Shown here: positions 1-10,919 of the stretch, piece after piece
Position numbering within the stretch: position 1 is the stretch's first letter
Layout: every line of letters starts with the position of its first letter
Assembly: GCA_964417685.1 (NCBI GenBank)
Contig: CAYQIT010000001.1
Span: forward strand, 81,157 to 145,156
Reading direction: 5' to 3'
Source of the DNA: an uncultured Gammaproteobacteria bacterium
GTDB taxonomy: Bacteria > Pseudomonadota > Gammaproteobacteria > Magnimaribacterales > D2472
Length of the DNA: 64,000 bases
Position numbers and translations under genes: made by a program
The notes under the pieces: model-generated
What the model was told of the DNA's origin: nothing
Databases searched by the model: none
Seen by the model: only the letters and a program-made list of their open reading frames with translations

Positions 1-558
1 AATCACGATGGTGTATCAATTACTTCTTTTCCTACTGTTGATGGACAGAGTTGTGCAGAAGTATCATTTGAAAACGTTGTTCTTGGTGAAGATTCTATAA
101 TTGCTCAAGGTGATGAGGCGAAAGAATTGCTACTGGATGCAATAAATTTAGCTACATTATGTATAAGTGCTGAGGCCGTGGGCTGTATGACATCTTGTTA
201 TTTGAAGACAGTTGAATATACAAAAGGTAGAGAGCAATTTGACCAGCCAATATCAAATTTTCAAGTCTTACAACATAGAATGGTTGATATGTTTATAGAG
301 AGTGAGCTATGCAAATCTCTATTAATTAAAGCTATGTTAGAAGTTGATTCTGGTTCTGATGATAGTAATAAACATGTATCGGCTTTAAAGGCCCAAATAG
401 GGAAGTCAGGTAAATTTTCAGCTCAACAGGCTGTTCAACTTCATGGCGGAATGGGTGTTAGTGATGAGCTTATGATTGGTCACTACCTCAAGAAAATGCT
501 TACAATAGATGCCTTGTTTGGTAATAGTGATCATCATATAAAAAACTTTAATAATTAA
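1..558 (+). CDS. acyl-CoA dehydrogenase, C-terminal part (5' end lies outside the window)
   Basis: Frame 1 is open from base 1 (NHDGVSITSFPTVDG...) to the TAA at 556-558. The C-terminal helical domain resembles the ACAD family (GREQFDQPISNFQVLQHRMVDM, QLHGGMGVSDE). Confidence 0.8.
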   Translation, partial: NHDGVSITSFPTVDGQSCAEVSFENVVLGEDSIIAQGDEAKELLLDAINLATLCISAEAVGCMTSCYLKTVEYTKGREQFDQPISNFQVLQHRMVDMFIESELCKSLLIKAMLEVDSGSDDSNKHVSALKAQIGKSGKFSAQQAVQLHGGMGVSDELMIGHYLKKMLTIDALFGNSDHHIKNFNN

Positions 559-650
559 AATTTTTTAATGAATGTAAATAATTTACTAAATTAAGTACTT
601 TTTTAATTCATTGTTATAGAATCTAATTTTAATTATTAATTCTATTTAAT

Positions 651-2162
651 ATGACAGATAAAAGAGACTCAAATTTTATCTCAACAGCGCGTCAAAACAG
701 GATTTTGCCTGAAGATTCATTTGGAGATTGGAAGTGGAGGGAGGCCTTAGCAGAGCTTATGGTTCCAATTATTGGAGATTTATATAGAAATGGAATCAAT
801 ATTCTCATATATGGTAAATCTCTTGTAAATGAATCTCCTGTAGAATTAATGAGAGCACACAGATTTGCAAGACAGTCTGATAATAATGAGCTCAGTGAAT
901 TTGAAACTTTTCCAATAATTCAACATTTATCAAGTCTCCAACTAAATGACTGTGAGATTGATATTGGTGAACTTGCTATTAAGTGCCCATTTTTTGAAAA
1001 TATTAAAGATGATACTAGCGGCCTTGATAATTATATAAATCAAGAGTTAAAAGATGTTATAGGCTTTGATTCAAAAAGACCATCAACACCAAAGCCTATT
1101 GTTTTATATGGTTTTGGAAGGGTTGGTAGGTTAATTGCACGAATGTTAGTTGAAACAACCGGTCCAGGTAACTATTTTAGACTTGCTGCTATTGTTATCA
1201 GAAAGGCTTCTGATGATGATATATACAAAAGAGCAAGTCTTCTTCAAAGAGATTCTGTTCATGGCAGTTTTAACGGAACTGTTAGGGTTGACGAAGCTAA
1301 TGAATCTTTAGTTATAAATGGAAATCCTGTTAAAGTTATTTATGCAAATAGTCCAGACGAGGTAAATTATAATAATTTTGATATTCAAAAGCCTATAGTT
1401 ATAGATAATACAGGTGTTTGGAGAGATCAGGATGGGCTTTCACTCCACTTAAAATCTGGTGGATCTAAGGTTATATTAACTGCCCCTGCAAAAGGCGAAA
1501 TAAAAAATATAGTAAATGGAGTTAATAATCATATTTTAAATGATAATGATGACATTATTTCTGCTGCATCTTGCACAACTAATGCTATTGTTCCCGTTCT
1601 TGATATTCTAAATAAAAAATTTGGTATTAACGGTGGTCATATTGAAACTGTCCATAGTTACACAAATGATCAGAACTTAATTGATAATTTCCATAAAGGT
1701 GATAGAAGAGGAAGAAGTGCAGCTCTTAATATGGTAATTACATCTACAGGTGCTGTTAAGGCTGTATCAAAAGCTTTACCTGAGCTTGAGGGCAAGCTTA
1801 CTGGCAACGCTATTCGAGTACCTACTCCTAATGTAAGTCTAGCTATATTATCGTTAGCAATAGGTGAGGAAACAAACAAAAATGATCTTAATAATTACCT
1901 TAGATCAATGGCATTTCATTCTGATTACAGAGAAATAATTGGTTTTGTAAACTCATCTGAAGTTGTTTCAACAGACTTTTACTCATCTCCATTTGCAAGT
2001 ATTATTGATTCTCAAGCAACAATTGCAAGCGGCAAAAGAATAACTCTTTATTGCTGGTATGATAATGAGTACGGCTACTCAAATCAGGTAACAAATTTAG
2101 CTAAAAAAATTGCTGGAGTTAATTTAGCAAGATTGCCTAAATCAATTGAAAAAAATATATAG
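651..2162 (+). CDS. gap: glyceraldehyde-3-phosphate dehydrogenase, long form with a ~150-aa N-terminal extension
   Basis: Rossmann motif LYGFGRVGR and catalytic-Cys motif SAASCTTNA, with a C-terminal WYDNEYGYS. The protein is 503 aa versus about 330 aa for classical GapA. It sits directly upstream of nqr, as the PA3001-type gene does in Pseudomonas (from memory). Confidence 0.85.
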   Translation: MTDKRDSNFISTARQNRILPEDSFGDWKWREALAELMVPIIGDLYRNGINILIYGKSLVNESPVELMRAHRFARQSDNNELSEFETFPIIQHLSSLQLNDCEIDIGELAIKCPFFENIKDDTSGLDNYINQELKDVIGFDSKRPSTPKPIVLYGFGRVGRLIARMLVETTGPGNYFRLAAIVIRKASDDDIYKRASLLQRDSVHGSFNGTVRVDEANESLVINGNPVKVIYANSPDEVNYNNFDIQKPIVIDNTGVWRDQDGLSLHLKSGGSKVILTAPAKGEIKNIVNGVNNHILNDNDDIISAASCTTNAIVPVLDILNKKFGINGGHIETVHSYTNDQNLIDNFHKGDRRGRSAALNMVITSTGAVKAVSKALPELEGKLTGNAIRVPTPNVSLAILSLAIGEETNKNDLNNYLRSMAFHSDYREIIGFVNSSEVVSTDFYSSPFASIIDSQATIASGKRITLYCWYDNEYGYSNQVTNLAKKIAGVNLARLPKSIEKNI

Positions 2163-2227
2163 AATATAGTTCGCAATAGTCTTATAATCAGCACGTTTTA
2201 AAAGACTTTAACTAATTTATAAATTAA

Positions 2228-3535
2228 GTGACCTCAATAAAAAAAGGATTAGACCTCCCAATTTCAGGAACCCCTGTTGCTGAACTTAGCGACACTCCTG
2301 TTGTGCGTAAAGCCGCTATTCTTGGTAATGATTATATTGGTATGAAACCAACTTTATTAGCTAGGGAGGGTGATAGGGTTAAAGTAGGTCAAAAAATTAT
2401 TGAAGATAAGAAAAATCCAGGTGTTTTTTTCACTTCGCCCTGCGGTGGCACTATATCAGATATTAATAGGGGAGAAAAAAGGAAGTTTTTATCTCTTGAG
2501 ATTGAAATTGATTCAAATGAAGAATTTGTAGAGTTTGATACAACTCAAAGTCCAAAAGATTTATTAATAAACTCAGGATTATTTAATTCTTTTAGGACAA
2601 GACCTTTTAACAGGACGCCTAGAATCAATGATACCCCAGATTGTATTTTCATAAATGCTTGTGATACAAACCCATTAGCAATAAGTCCGCATCACATAAT
2701 TTCTCTGAATAAAGATGAATTTGATGCAGGTGTTAACTTTATTTCATCATTATTCAGTACACAAACTCACCTTACCTATCAGGATAATATCCTTGATTAC
2801 AGTTACGAAAATGTTCAAAGCCATATGTTCTCAGGTCCTCACCCAGCTGGGTTAGTTAGCACACATATAAGCGCAATATACCCAGTAGACATAAATAGAT
2901 GTGTTTGGACAATTGGTTATCAAGAGGTTATTTCGATAGGTTATTTATTAAAAAATAATATTCTAAGAACACATAAAAATATTGCAATTACAGGTGAATC
3001 TGTTTTTAAACCATCATTATTATCTTCCAGGATAGGCGCTAATCTTCAAGAGTTAACAGCTGGAAAGATAGAAGATAATTCAAGAATAATTTCTGGTTCA
3101 GTGTTGTTTGGGCATGATGCAATAGATGCTATGTCTTATTTGGGTTTTTACGACAACCAAGTTTCAGTAATTTCAAATATACCTAATGATATTTTTATGA
3201 ATTGGATAATGCCTGGTAAGACATTACATTCAAAACTTAATGTTTTTATATCATCTTTTCTTAAGCCTAAAAAATTTACTTTCAACACTTCTATAAATGG
3301 AGGTAATAGGGCAATAGTTCCTATTGGTTCATATGAAGAGATTATTCCTATGGATATTTTGGTAACTCAACTTTTAAAGGCGCTAGTAGTATCTGATATT
3401 GAGGTTGCAACAGAATTAGGAATGCTTGAATTAACCGCTGAAGACTTGGCTTTGGCTACTTATGTTTGTCCCAGTAAATATGATTACTGCTCTATATTAA
3501 TGGATAATTTAAATAAAGTTTACGAAGAGCTATGA
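2228..3535 (+). CDS. nqrA: Na+-translocating NADH:quinone oxidoreductase subunit A
   Basis: GTG start. The N-terminus KKGLDLPISG.P is typical of NqrA. It is the first gene of a six-gene nqr cluster and shares an ATGA overlap with nqrB. Confidence 0.92.
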   Translation: MTSIKKGLDLPISGTPVAELSDTPVVRKAAILGNDYIGMKPTLLAREGDRVKVGQKIIEDKKNPGVFFTSPCGGTISDINRGEKRKFLSLEIEIDSNEEFVEFDTTQSPKDLLINSGLFNSFRTRPFNRTPRINDTPDCIFINACDTNPLAISPHHIISLNKDEFDAGVNFISSLFSTQTHLTYQDNILDYSYENVQSHMFSGPHPAGLVSTHISAIYPVDINRCVWTIGYQEVISIGYLLKNNILRTHKNIAITGESVFKPSLLSSRIGANLQELTAGKIEDNSRIISGSVLFGHDAIDAMSYLGFYDNQVSVISNIPNDIFMNWIMPGKTLHSKLNVFISSFLKPKKFTFNTSINGGNRAIVPIGSYEEIIPMDILVTQLLKALVVSDIEVATELGMLELTAEDLALATYVCPSKYDYCSILMDNLNKVYEEL

Positions 3536-4758
3536 AGTTTCTTAGAGATTCAATAGAAAATATAAAACCTAATTTTGTTGGTGAGGGTAAGTATGCAAAA
3601 TGGTTCCCTCTTTTTGATGCAATTGAAAACTTTGTTTTTAATACACGCAAACTTACAAAAAACCCTGTCCACGTTCGAGACTCTGTAGACATACAAAAAA
3701 TTATGGTAACTGTTTGGTTGGCAGCTTTTCCAGCTATGTTTTTTGGTATGTACAATTTAGGTGACTATTCTTTAAGTTATTTAAATTTAATAGGTCAAGA
3801 AAATACAGGGGATTGGCATCATTATATTGTTAGCATGGTTGGTTATGACCACACTAGTTTTATTGCTAAGATGTGGTTTGGTGCTGCGTATTTTCTTCCA
3901 ATATACATAACTGTTTTTGTTGTTGGCATTGCCTGGGAGGCCTTATTTGCCATTGTTAGAAAACATGAAATTAATGAAGGTGCCTTTGTATCAACAATCC
4001 TATTTTCATTAAGCTGCCCACCTGATTTACCCTTGTGGCAAGCTGCAATGGGTATTACTTTTGGTTTGGTTATTGGTAAAGAAATCTTTGGTGGCACCGG
4101 TAAAAACTTTTTAAACCCTGCTTTGACTGGAAGAGCTTTTCTTTATTTTGCTTATCCTGCTCAAATTTCAGGTGATAAAGTTTGGATTGCTGGTTTAGCT
4201 GATAATAATATTATTCCAGAGGGTTATAGTGGGGCTACAGCTCTGGGAGTTGCAGCAACAGATGGTATGGAAGGTATTTACAATAGTTTTACTTGGATGG
4301 ATGCCTTTTTAGGATTCGTTCCAGGTTCTGTGGGTGAAACCTCAGTTATTGCAATAGGCATTGGCTTGGTTATTTTGCTTATTACTAAAGTTGCTTCTTA
4401 CCGAATTATTTTGGGCACATTACTAGGTATGTGGGCAATGTCTACAATTTTAAACATAGTTGGATCTGATACAAATGAGATGTTTTATGTACCTTGGTAT
4501 TGGCATTTAGTTATTGGTAGTTTTGCTTTTGGTCTTGTATTTATGGCTACTGAACCAGTATCAGGATCTGGGACAAATACAGGTAGATGGATTTACGGAG
4601 TGGTAATAGGAATTACCGTTGTATTAATAAGAGTAATTAACCCAGCTTTCCCCGAGGGAATGATGCTAGCTATATTGTTTGCTAACTTATTAGCTCCAGT
4701 GATTGATCATTTAGTTGTTATGAGTAATATTAAGAAGAGAAAGGCACGTCTATCATGA
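3532..4758 (+). CDS. nqrB: Na+-NQR subunit B
   Basis: Polytopic membrane protein carrying the SGAT flavinylation motif (YSGATALG). Its position and size (408 aa) fit NqrB. Confidence 0.94.
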   Translation: MKFLRDSIENIKPNFVGEGKYAKWFPLFDAIENFVFNTRKLTKNPVHVRDSVDIQKIMVTVWLAAFPAMFFGMYNLGDYSLSYLNLIGQENTGDWHHYIVSMVGYDHTSFIAKMWFGAAYFLPIYITVFVVGIAWEALFAIVRKHEINEGAFVSTILFSLSCPPDLPLWQAAMGITFGLVIGKEIFGGTGKNFLNPALTGRAFLYFAYPAQISGDKVWIAGLADNNIIPEGYSGATALGVAATDGMEGIYNSFTWMDAFLGFVPGSVGETSVIAIGIGLVILLITKVASYRIILGTLLGMWAMSTILNIVGSDTNEMFYVPWYWHLVIGSFAFGLVFMATEPVSGSGTNTGRWIYGVVIGITVVLIRVINPAFPEGMMLAILFANLLAPVIDHLVVMSNIKKRKARLS

Positions 4759-5528
4759 ATGAGTCAGTTTTAAAAACCCTTACTGTTGCTTTTGTTGTGT
4801 GTTTGGTATGTTCTCTAGTTGTTTCATCAACTGCTGTTTCACTCAGAGATATGCAAAATAAAAACAAGCTAAATGACGAAAGAATGAAAATACTTCAATC
4901 AGCAAATATGTATGATCCATCTGTTTCTATTGAATCTCAATTCAATCAATTAGAAATTAAATTTGTTGATTTTAATACAGGAAAAATACTAAATAACTAT
5001 AAAGATTTTGATATTCAAAATTATGATCAAATTGCTGCAACTAGGGATTCGAATTTATCTACTAAAATCCCTACATCTGAAGATATAGCTATTATAAAAA
5101 ATAGAGAAAATGTTGGTAAATTTTATATATCCAGAAATGATGATTTATCTATTGATAAAATAATTCTACCTATAAGAGGTTATGGTCTTTGGGGCACGCT
5201 CTTTGGCTATATATCTGTAGAAAATGATTTCAATACTGTTGCGGGATTAGAGTTTTATTCACACAAAGAAACACCCGGGCTTGGTGCTGAGGTTGATAAT
5301 CCCAAATGGAAATCAATATGGCCTGGAAAAAGAATTTATAAAAACGAGGTTGTTGAACTAAGAGTTTTGAAAGGTCCAGTTCCCTCTGATGCTTCGGACA
5401 TAGACTATAAAGTTGATGGACTATCTGGAGCCACATTAACAAGTCGTGGAGTAACTAATATGATTTCATATTGGTTTGGTAAATCAGGTTATTCTAAACT
5501 ATTAGCTGAGTTGAACTATGAGTCTTAA
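4755..5528 (+). CDS. nqrC: Na+-NQR subunit C
   Basis: Single N-terminal TM helix, FMN attachment motif LSGATLTS, and operon position. Confidence 0.9.
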   Translation: MNESVLKTLTVAFVVCLVCSLVVSSTAVSLRDMQNKNKLNDERMKILQSANMYDPSVSIESQFNQLEIKFVDFNTGKILNNYKDFDIQNYDQIAATRDSNLSTKIPTSEDIAIIKNRENVGKFYISRNDDLSIDKIILPIRGYGLWGTLFGYISVENDFNTVAGLEFYSHKETPGLGAEVDNPKWKSIWPGKRIYKNEVVELRVLKGPVPSDASDIDYKVDGLSGATLTSRGVTNMISYWFGKSGYSKLLAELNYES

Positions 5529-6204
5529 ACAATATAAAGAAGTAGTATTCAAACCTCTTTTTGATGAGAATCCTATAACACTTCAAATTTTGGGCATTTG
5601 TTCAGCACTAGCAGTAACCAATAATCTTTCAGTCACATTGGTTATGTGTGTTGCTCTAACTAGTGTTGTTTGTTTTTCAAATCTATTTATATCGCTCATT
5701 AGAAACTATATTCCAGGCAGCATAAGAATTATTGTGCAAATGACAATAATTGCTTCATTGGTGATTGTTGTTGATGAGTTATTAAAAGCATTTGATTATG
5801 AAACAAGTAAAAAGTTATCTGTCTTTGTTGGTTTAATCATTACAAACTGTATTGTCATGGGAAGAGCTGAGGCCTTTGCTATGAAGGAAAAACCTTTGTT
5901 AAGCTTCTTTGATGGTCTCGGTAATGGGATAGGCTACAGTATTATTTTAATTGGCGTTGCTGTAATAAGAGAACTGTTTGGCTCAGGTACGTTAATGGGG
6001 TATGAGATTCTACCTCTAGTTTCTAATGGAGGATGGTATTTACCAAATAATTTACTCCTTTTACCACCTAGCTCGTTCATCATTATTGGTTTGTTTATAT
6101 GGGCAATAAGAGCATGGAAACCAGCACAAGTTGAGGTTGATGATTTTGTTTTATCAAAACATTCAACATCACCAGATTTAACTAAGAGAGAGCTAAATGT
6201 TTGA
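5518..6204 (+). CDS. nqrD: Na+-NQR subunit D
   Basis: [17 protein letters not shown] closely resembles the Vibrio NqrD N-terminus. Polytopic membrane protein. Confidence 0.94.
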   Translation: MSLKQYKEVVFKPLFDENPITLQILGICSALAVTNNLSVTLVMCVALTSVVCFSNLFISLIRNYIPGSIRIIVQMTIIASLVIVVDELLKAFDYETSKKLSVFVGLIITNCIVMGRAEAFAMKEKPLLSFFDGLGNGIGYSIILIGVAVIRELFGSGTLMGYEILPLVSNGGWYLPNNLLLLPPSSFIIIGLFIWAIRAWKPAQVEVDDFVLSKHSTSPDLTKRELNV

Positions 6205-6808
6205 GCATTATTTAAATATTTTTATAACTACTGTCTTTATTGAAAATATAGCCTTATCTGTTTTTTTGGGTATGTGTACGTTTATTGCAATATCAAAAAA
6301 AATTGATGCAGCTTTTGGGTTGGGGATTGCAGTTATTGTTGTTTGCTTAATAACAGTTCCATTAAATAACCTTATTTATAACTTTATTTTAAGAGAAGAC
6401 GCTTTAACTTGGGCTGGTATTGAGGGTACTAATTTAGAATTTGTTGAGCTTATTAGTTATATTGGTGTAATTGCTGCTTCTGTACAAATTTTAGAAATGT
6501 TTCTTGATAAGTATGTGCCTGCCTTGTATACAGCCTTGGGACAATTTTTACCATTAATTACTGTTAATTGCGCTATTTTAGGTGCTTCATTATTTATGAT
6601 TGAAAAAGATTTAATGTTTGGTGAAAGTGTTGTTTATGGATTTGGAGCAGGCTTTGGTTGGGCATTAGCAATTGTTATTCTTGCAGGTATAAGAGAAAAG
6701 CTAAAATATTCTGATATACCTGATGGTCTTAAAGGCTTGGGTGCGACTTTTATTATTGTTGGTTTAATGAGTTTTGGTTTTATGTCATTTGGAGGCATTT
6801 CTTTATAA
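6197..6808 (+). CDS. nqrE: Na+-NQR subunit E
   Basis: [16 protein letters not shown] matches the NqrE/RnfA family. 203 aa. Confidence 0.94.
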   Translation: MFEHYLNIFITTVFIENIALSVFLGMCTFIAISKKIDAAFGLGIAVIVVCLITVPLNNLIYNFILREDALTWAGIEGTNLEFVELISYIGVIAASVQILEMFLDKYVPALYTALGQFLPLITVNCAILGASLFMIEKDLMFGESVVYGFGAGFGWALAIVILAGIREKLKYSDIPDGLKGLGATFIIVGLMSFGFMSFGGISL

Positions 6809-6810
6809 AT

Positions 6811-8037
6811 ATGAGCTTAGATTTAATTTTTGGTGTGATTTCTTTTTCAGGCATAGTCTTGCTTTTAGTGCTAGTAATTATTGGAGCTAGATCAAAACTT
6901 GTTTCAACTGGGGATGTTTCAATTGAAATCAATGGAGATACATCTAATCCTTTAGTCGTTCCAGCTGGTTCAAAACTACTACAAACTTTAGCAGAAAATA
7001 AAATTTTTCTTTCATCTGCATGCGGTGGCGGCGGAACTTGTAGCCAGTGTAAGTGTCAAGTCATTGAGGGTGGTGGTTCAATACTTGCTGCCGAAGAATC
7101 TCATTTTAATTCTAGAGAAAAAAAAGAAGGCTGGAGATTATCTTGTCAGGTTGCTGTTAAAAATGACTTAAAAATAAATGTCCCTGAAGAAATTTTTGGT
7201 GTTAAGGAATGGGAATGTGAAGTTATCTCAAATGATAACGTTGCTACATTTATAAAAGAACTAGTTCTTAAGTTACCTGAAGGTGAAAATGTTGATTTTA
7301 GAGCAGGTGGATATGTGCAACTTGAAGCACCAGAATATGTAATAGACTATAACGATTTTGATATTCAAGAAGAATATCATTCTGATTGGGATAAATTCAA
7401 AATCTGGGATAATAAATCTATTAATAATGAGCCTGTAATTAGAGCTTATTCTATGGCTAATTATCCCGAAGAAAAGGGCGTTATTAAATTCAATATTAGA
7501 ATTGCATCACCGCCTCCAGGCATGGATGTCCCTCCTGGAATAATGTCTTCATGGACATTTAATTTAAAACCTGGAGATAAAGTTAAAGTATTTGGTCCAT
7601 TTGGTGAATTTTTTGCTAAAGAAACTTCAAATGAGATGGTTTTTGTAGGTGGAGGTGCTGGCATGGCACCGATGAGATCTCATATATTTGATCAATTGTT
7701 AAGAATTAACACTGATAGAAAAATTACATTTTGGTATGGAGCTAGAAGTCTTAAAGAAATGTTTTATGTTGATGAATTTAATGACTTAGCTGATAAATAC
7801 GATAACTTTGAATGGCATGTTGCATTGTCTGACCCGCAACCAGAGGATGATTGGGAAGGCGATACTGGATTTATTCATAATGTTCTCTATAAGAACTACT
7901 TAAGCTCTCATGAGGCTCCAGAAGACTGTGAATATTATATGTGTGGTCCTCCTATGATGAATAAAGCTGTAATTGATATGTTATTAGATCTTGGAGTAGA
8001 GCCTGAAAATATAGCCTTAGATGACTTTGGTGGCTAA
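6811..8037 (+). CDS. nqrF: Na+-NQR subunit F (2Fe-2S / FAD / NADH)
   Basis: N-terminal TM helix, 2Fe-2S motif [15 protein letters not shown] motif RAYSMA, NADH motif GGGAGMAPM. Confidence 0.95.
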   Translation: MSLDLIFGVISFSGIVLLLVLVIIGARSKLVSTGDVSIEINGDTSNPLVVPAGSKLLQTLAENKIFLSSACGGGGTCSQCKCQVIEGGGSILAAEESHFNSREKKEGWRLSCQVAVKNDLKINVPEEIFGVKEWECEVISNDNVATFIKELVLKLPEGENVDFRAGGYVQLEAPEYVIDYNDFDIQEEYHSDWDKFKIWDNKSINNEPVIRAYSMANYPEEKGVIKFNIRIASPPPGMDVPPGIMSSWTFNLKPGDKVKVFGPFGEFFAKETSNEMVFVGGGAGMAPMRSHIFDQLLRINTDRKITFWYGARSLKEMFYVDEFNDLADKYDNFEWHVALSDPQPEDDWEGDTGFIHNVLYKNYLSSHEAPEDCEYYMCGPPMMNKAVIDMLLDLGVEPENIALDDFGG

Positions 8038-8045
8038 AAAATAAA

Positions 8046-9044
8046 TTGATAAATCGAAAGTTTTTATCGAAGATAATAGCCTTGATTATAGGGTTGTTAT
8101 GTTTATATATAGCATATACACATAATCTTTCTAAAACATTTACTTTTAAAGGGTATGCCTATGGCACATCCTGGTCCATAACGACATTGAACTATTTAAA
8201 TGACGTTCATAAATCAAATATAAAAGATATCATCAATAAAATTGATTATGTGGCCTCTAACTATAAAGATGATTCAGAGATTGCAATAATTAATAAAAAT
8301 AGTTCGAATGTAGAATTAAAGATATCTGATGATTTATTTAATATCCTATCATTAGCATATAAAGTAGAGAAACTATCAAATAATGCATACGATATAAAAC
8401 TTGGTAAGATATCAAGCAAACTTGGGTTCTCACCTGATTTTAATAATAAATTAGATACAGAAATCGATCCAAAATCTTCATATAAGCTCATAGACAATAA
8501 TACCTTAATAAAACAAGGTAATTTTTGGTTTGATCTATCTTCGATAGCTAAAGGTTATGCCGTTGATATGATAGTTAAATATCTTGAGGAAAATAATTAC
8601 AAAGATTTTATAGTTGAAATCGGTGGTGAGCTAACATTAAGTGGTTCAAATTATGATAAAAGCTGGACTATAGCAATACAAGATCCTCTTGCCTTAGACA
8701 ATAAACCAGCATATTTAATTTCTCCAAAAAATATAAATAAGATTTCTGTAGCAACATCTGGAGAATATAGAAATTTTAAGTTTGAAGGTATTGATAGGAT
8801 AACGCACACAATTAATCCAATTACCGGCAAATCAATAAATGATGATGCTTTATCTGTTACTGTTTTAAGTACTGTATCATCAGCTCATGCAGATGCATTT
8901 GCTACTGCTTTAAATGTCTTAAGCGTTAGTGAAAGCCTTGAATTAGCTAATAATGAAAATATAGCACTGATGTTGATTATAGATGGCGCTAATTCTGATA
9001 AAGAGTTTATATTTTCAAATAAATGGTATGATCTGACTCAATGA
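8046..9044 (+). CDS. apbE: FAD:protein FMN transferase (ApbE family)
   Basis: TTG start. ApbE-like motifs SSIAKGYAVD and VATSGEYRN. It lies immediately after nqrF, as in other nqr loci. Confidence 0.85.
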   Translation: MINRKFLSKIIALIIGLLCLYIAYTHNLSKTFTFKGYAYGTSWSITTLNYLNDVHKSNIKDIINKIDYVASNYKDDSEIAIINKNSSNVELKISDDLFNILSLAYKVEKLSNNAYDIKLGKISSKLGFSPDFNNKLDTEIDPKSSYKLIDNNTLIKQGNFWFDLSSIAKGYAVDMIVKYLEENNYKDFIVEIGGELTLSGSNYDKSWTIAIQDPLALDNKPAYLISPKNINKISVATSGEYRNFKFEGIDRITHTINPITGKSINDDALSVTVLSTVSSAHADAFATALNVLSVSESLELANNENIALMLIIDGANSDKEFIFSNKWYDLTQ

Positions 9045-9217
9045 ATACACTATTTGTTACTTTTCTAATAATGGGCTTATCATTTGCAGGCCTAGCTCTA
9101 GGCTTAATTTTAAGAAATCAACCTATTAAGGGTTCATGCGGGGGCATGGCGAACCTTGAGGAAGGCTCGCCATGTCAGATCTGTGGGAGAACAGATCCAA
9201 GTAACTGTGATAAATAA
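9041..9217 (+). CDS. nqrM: (Na+)-NQR maturation protein NqrM (58 aa; absent from the ORF track)
   Basis: Hand translation: MNTLFVTFLIMGLSFAGLALGLILRNQPIKGSCGGMANLEEGSPCQICGRTDPSNCDK. It has one TM helix plus a Cys-rich tail (GSCGG...C..C...C), as in the NqrM/DUF539 family. Its start forms an ATGA overlap with the apbE stop. Confidence 0.75.
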   Translation: MNTLFVTFLIMGLSFAGLALGLILRNQPIKGSCGGMANLEEGSPCQICGRTDPSNCDK

Positions 9218-10789
9218 TTAGAACTGGTTCATAGTATTATCTTCACCGGAGGCCTTTAAGGCTGCCTCGCCAGCAAAGTATTCTTTGTGATCATCACCCA
9301 TATCTGAACCTGCCATATTTTGATGTTTTACGCATGCTATGCCTTGTCTAATTTCCTTTCTTTGTACACCTTTTACATAACCAAGCATAGCTTGATCACC
9401 AAAATAGTCTTTGGCTAAATTATCTGTTGAAAGGGCGGCTGTATGATATGTAGGTAATGTGATTAAATGATGAAAAATACCCGCTTCTTTTGCCGCGTCC
9501 TTTTGAAAAGTTCTAATCTTTTCATCTGCATAGTATGAAAGTTCGGTTGCATCGTAATTTTCATTCATGAGATCTTTTCTGTCATATTCAGAAACATCTT
9601 TACCATCCTCTTTCCATTGATCGTAAACTTGCTGTCTAAAGTTTAATGTCCAGTTAAAAGATGGACTATTGTTGTATACTAACTTTGCATTAGGTATAAC
9701 TTTTTTAATTTCATTCATCATCCCTCCGATTTGACCTATATGAGGTTTTTCAGTCTCAATCCATATCAAATCTGCTCCATTTTGAAGACTTGTTATGCTA
9801 TCTAAAATACACCTAGCTTCTCCTGTACCTTCTTTAAATTTATATAAATTACTAGGAAGACGTTTAGGACGAACGAGCTTACCATTTTGATTTATTAGGA
9901 CATCTCCATGATTCATATCTTCTGCTGAAACTTCTTCAACGTCTAGGAAAGAATTATATTGATCTCCCAAGTCACCTTTTTCTTTTGTAACAGCAATTTG
10001 TTTAGTTAGTCCGGCACCAAGGGAATCTGTTCGCGCCACTATAACTCCTTCATCAACGCCAAGCTCTAGAAATGCATATCTAACAGCATTTATCTTAGCT
10101 AAAAAATCTGAATGCGGTACAGTTACTTTACCGTCCTGATGCCCGCATTGTTTCTCATCTGAGACTTGATTTTCTATTTGAATAGCACAAGCTCCAGCTT
10201 CGATCATTTGTTTAGCCATAAGATAAGTTGCCTCCTCATTACCAAAACCAGCATCAATATCTGCAATTATCGGGACTATATGAGTTTGAAAATTATCTAT
10301 TTTGTGTTGTAGTTCTAATTTCTTCTCTCCTTGAGCATTATCTAACTCTCTAAAGAGTCCACCAAGCTCTCTGGCATCTGCCTGACGTAAGAATGTGTAA
10401 AGTTCTTTAATTAATGATGCAACTGATGTTTTCTCATGCATTGACTGATCTGGAAGAGGACCAAACTCAGATCTTAAAGCAGCTATCATCCATCCAGATA
10501 AATAGAGATATTTTTTATCAGTGGTATGAAAATGTTTCTTTATTGAAATTAATTTCTGCTGCCCAATAAATCCATGCCAACAACCCAAGGATTGTGTATA
10601 GTTTTCATGATTATTATCATATGACTCCATATCTTTTCTCATTATTGATGCTGTATATTTTGCAATATCTACACCAGATTTGAATTGATTCTGTAATCTC
10701 ATCCTTTGTACATATTCAGGATTAATAGAATTCCAGTTCGGAGAATCCATTCTGTTAATATCTTTTATGTCATCTAAATTGTTACTCAT
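9218..10789 (-). CDS. aceA: isocitrate lyase (long ~520-530 aa type)
   Basis: Active-site motif EKQCGHQDGK. Length and overall sequence resemble Pseudomonas-type AceA. Confidence 0.9.
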   Translation of the reverse strand: MSNNLDDIKDINRMDSPNWNSINPEYVQRMRLQNQFKSGVDIAKYTASIMRKDMESYDNNHENYTQSLGCWHGFIGQQKLISIKKHFHTTDKKYLYLSGWMIAALRSEFGPLPDQSMHEKTSVASLIKELYTFLRQADARELGGLFRELDNAQGEKKLELQHKIDNFQTHIVPIIADIDAGFGNEEATYLMAKQMIEAGACAIQIENQVSDEKQCGHQDGKVTVPHSDFLAKINAVRYAFLELGVDEGVIVARTDSLGAGLTKQIAVTKEKGDLGDQYNSFLDVEEVSAEDMNHGDVLINQNGKLVRPKRLPSNLYKFKEGTGEARCILDSITSLQNGADLIWIETEKPHIGQIGGMMNEIKKVIPNAKLVYNNSPSFNWTLNFRQQVYDQWKEDGKDVSEYDRKDLMNENYDATELSYYADEKIRTFQKDAAKEAGIFHHLITLPTYHTAALSTDNLAKDYFGDQAMLGYVKGVQRKEIRQGIACVKHQNMAGSDMGDDHKEYFAGEAALKASGEDNTMNQF

Positions 10790-10919
10790 TATTAGTACCG
10801 AGTTATAAATATGTAGTGAAGTAAATAATAATAACTATATACAGTCAATAGTTGTAGATAAATGCTTTATATATGCGATTTAAGGGTGTGTATATTTGTA
10901 GTTTTACTACAAGAATAAA

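Noticed and set aside
559-650. 7-bp inverted repeats (aatgaat/attcatt and atagaat/attctat) between the acyl-CoA dehydrogenase and gap genes.
   Set aside because: They are short AT-only arms with long loops, which are expected by chance. They are not convincing as terminators or operators.
10896-10912. 7-bp hairpin (ttgtagt/actacaa) downstream of purB as a terminator.
   Set aside because: No T tract follows it on the transcribed (minus) strand, and the stem is weak.
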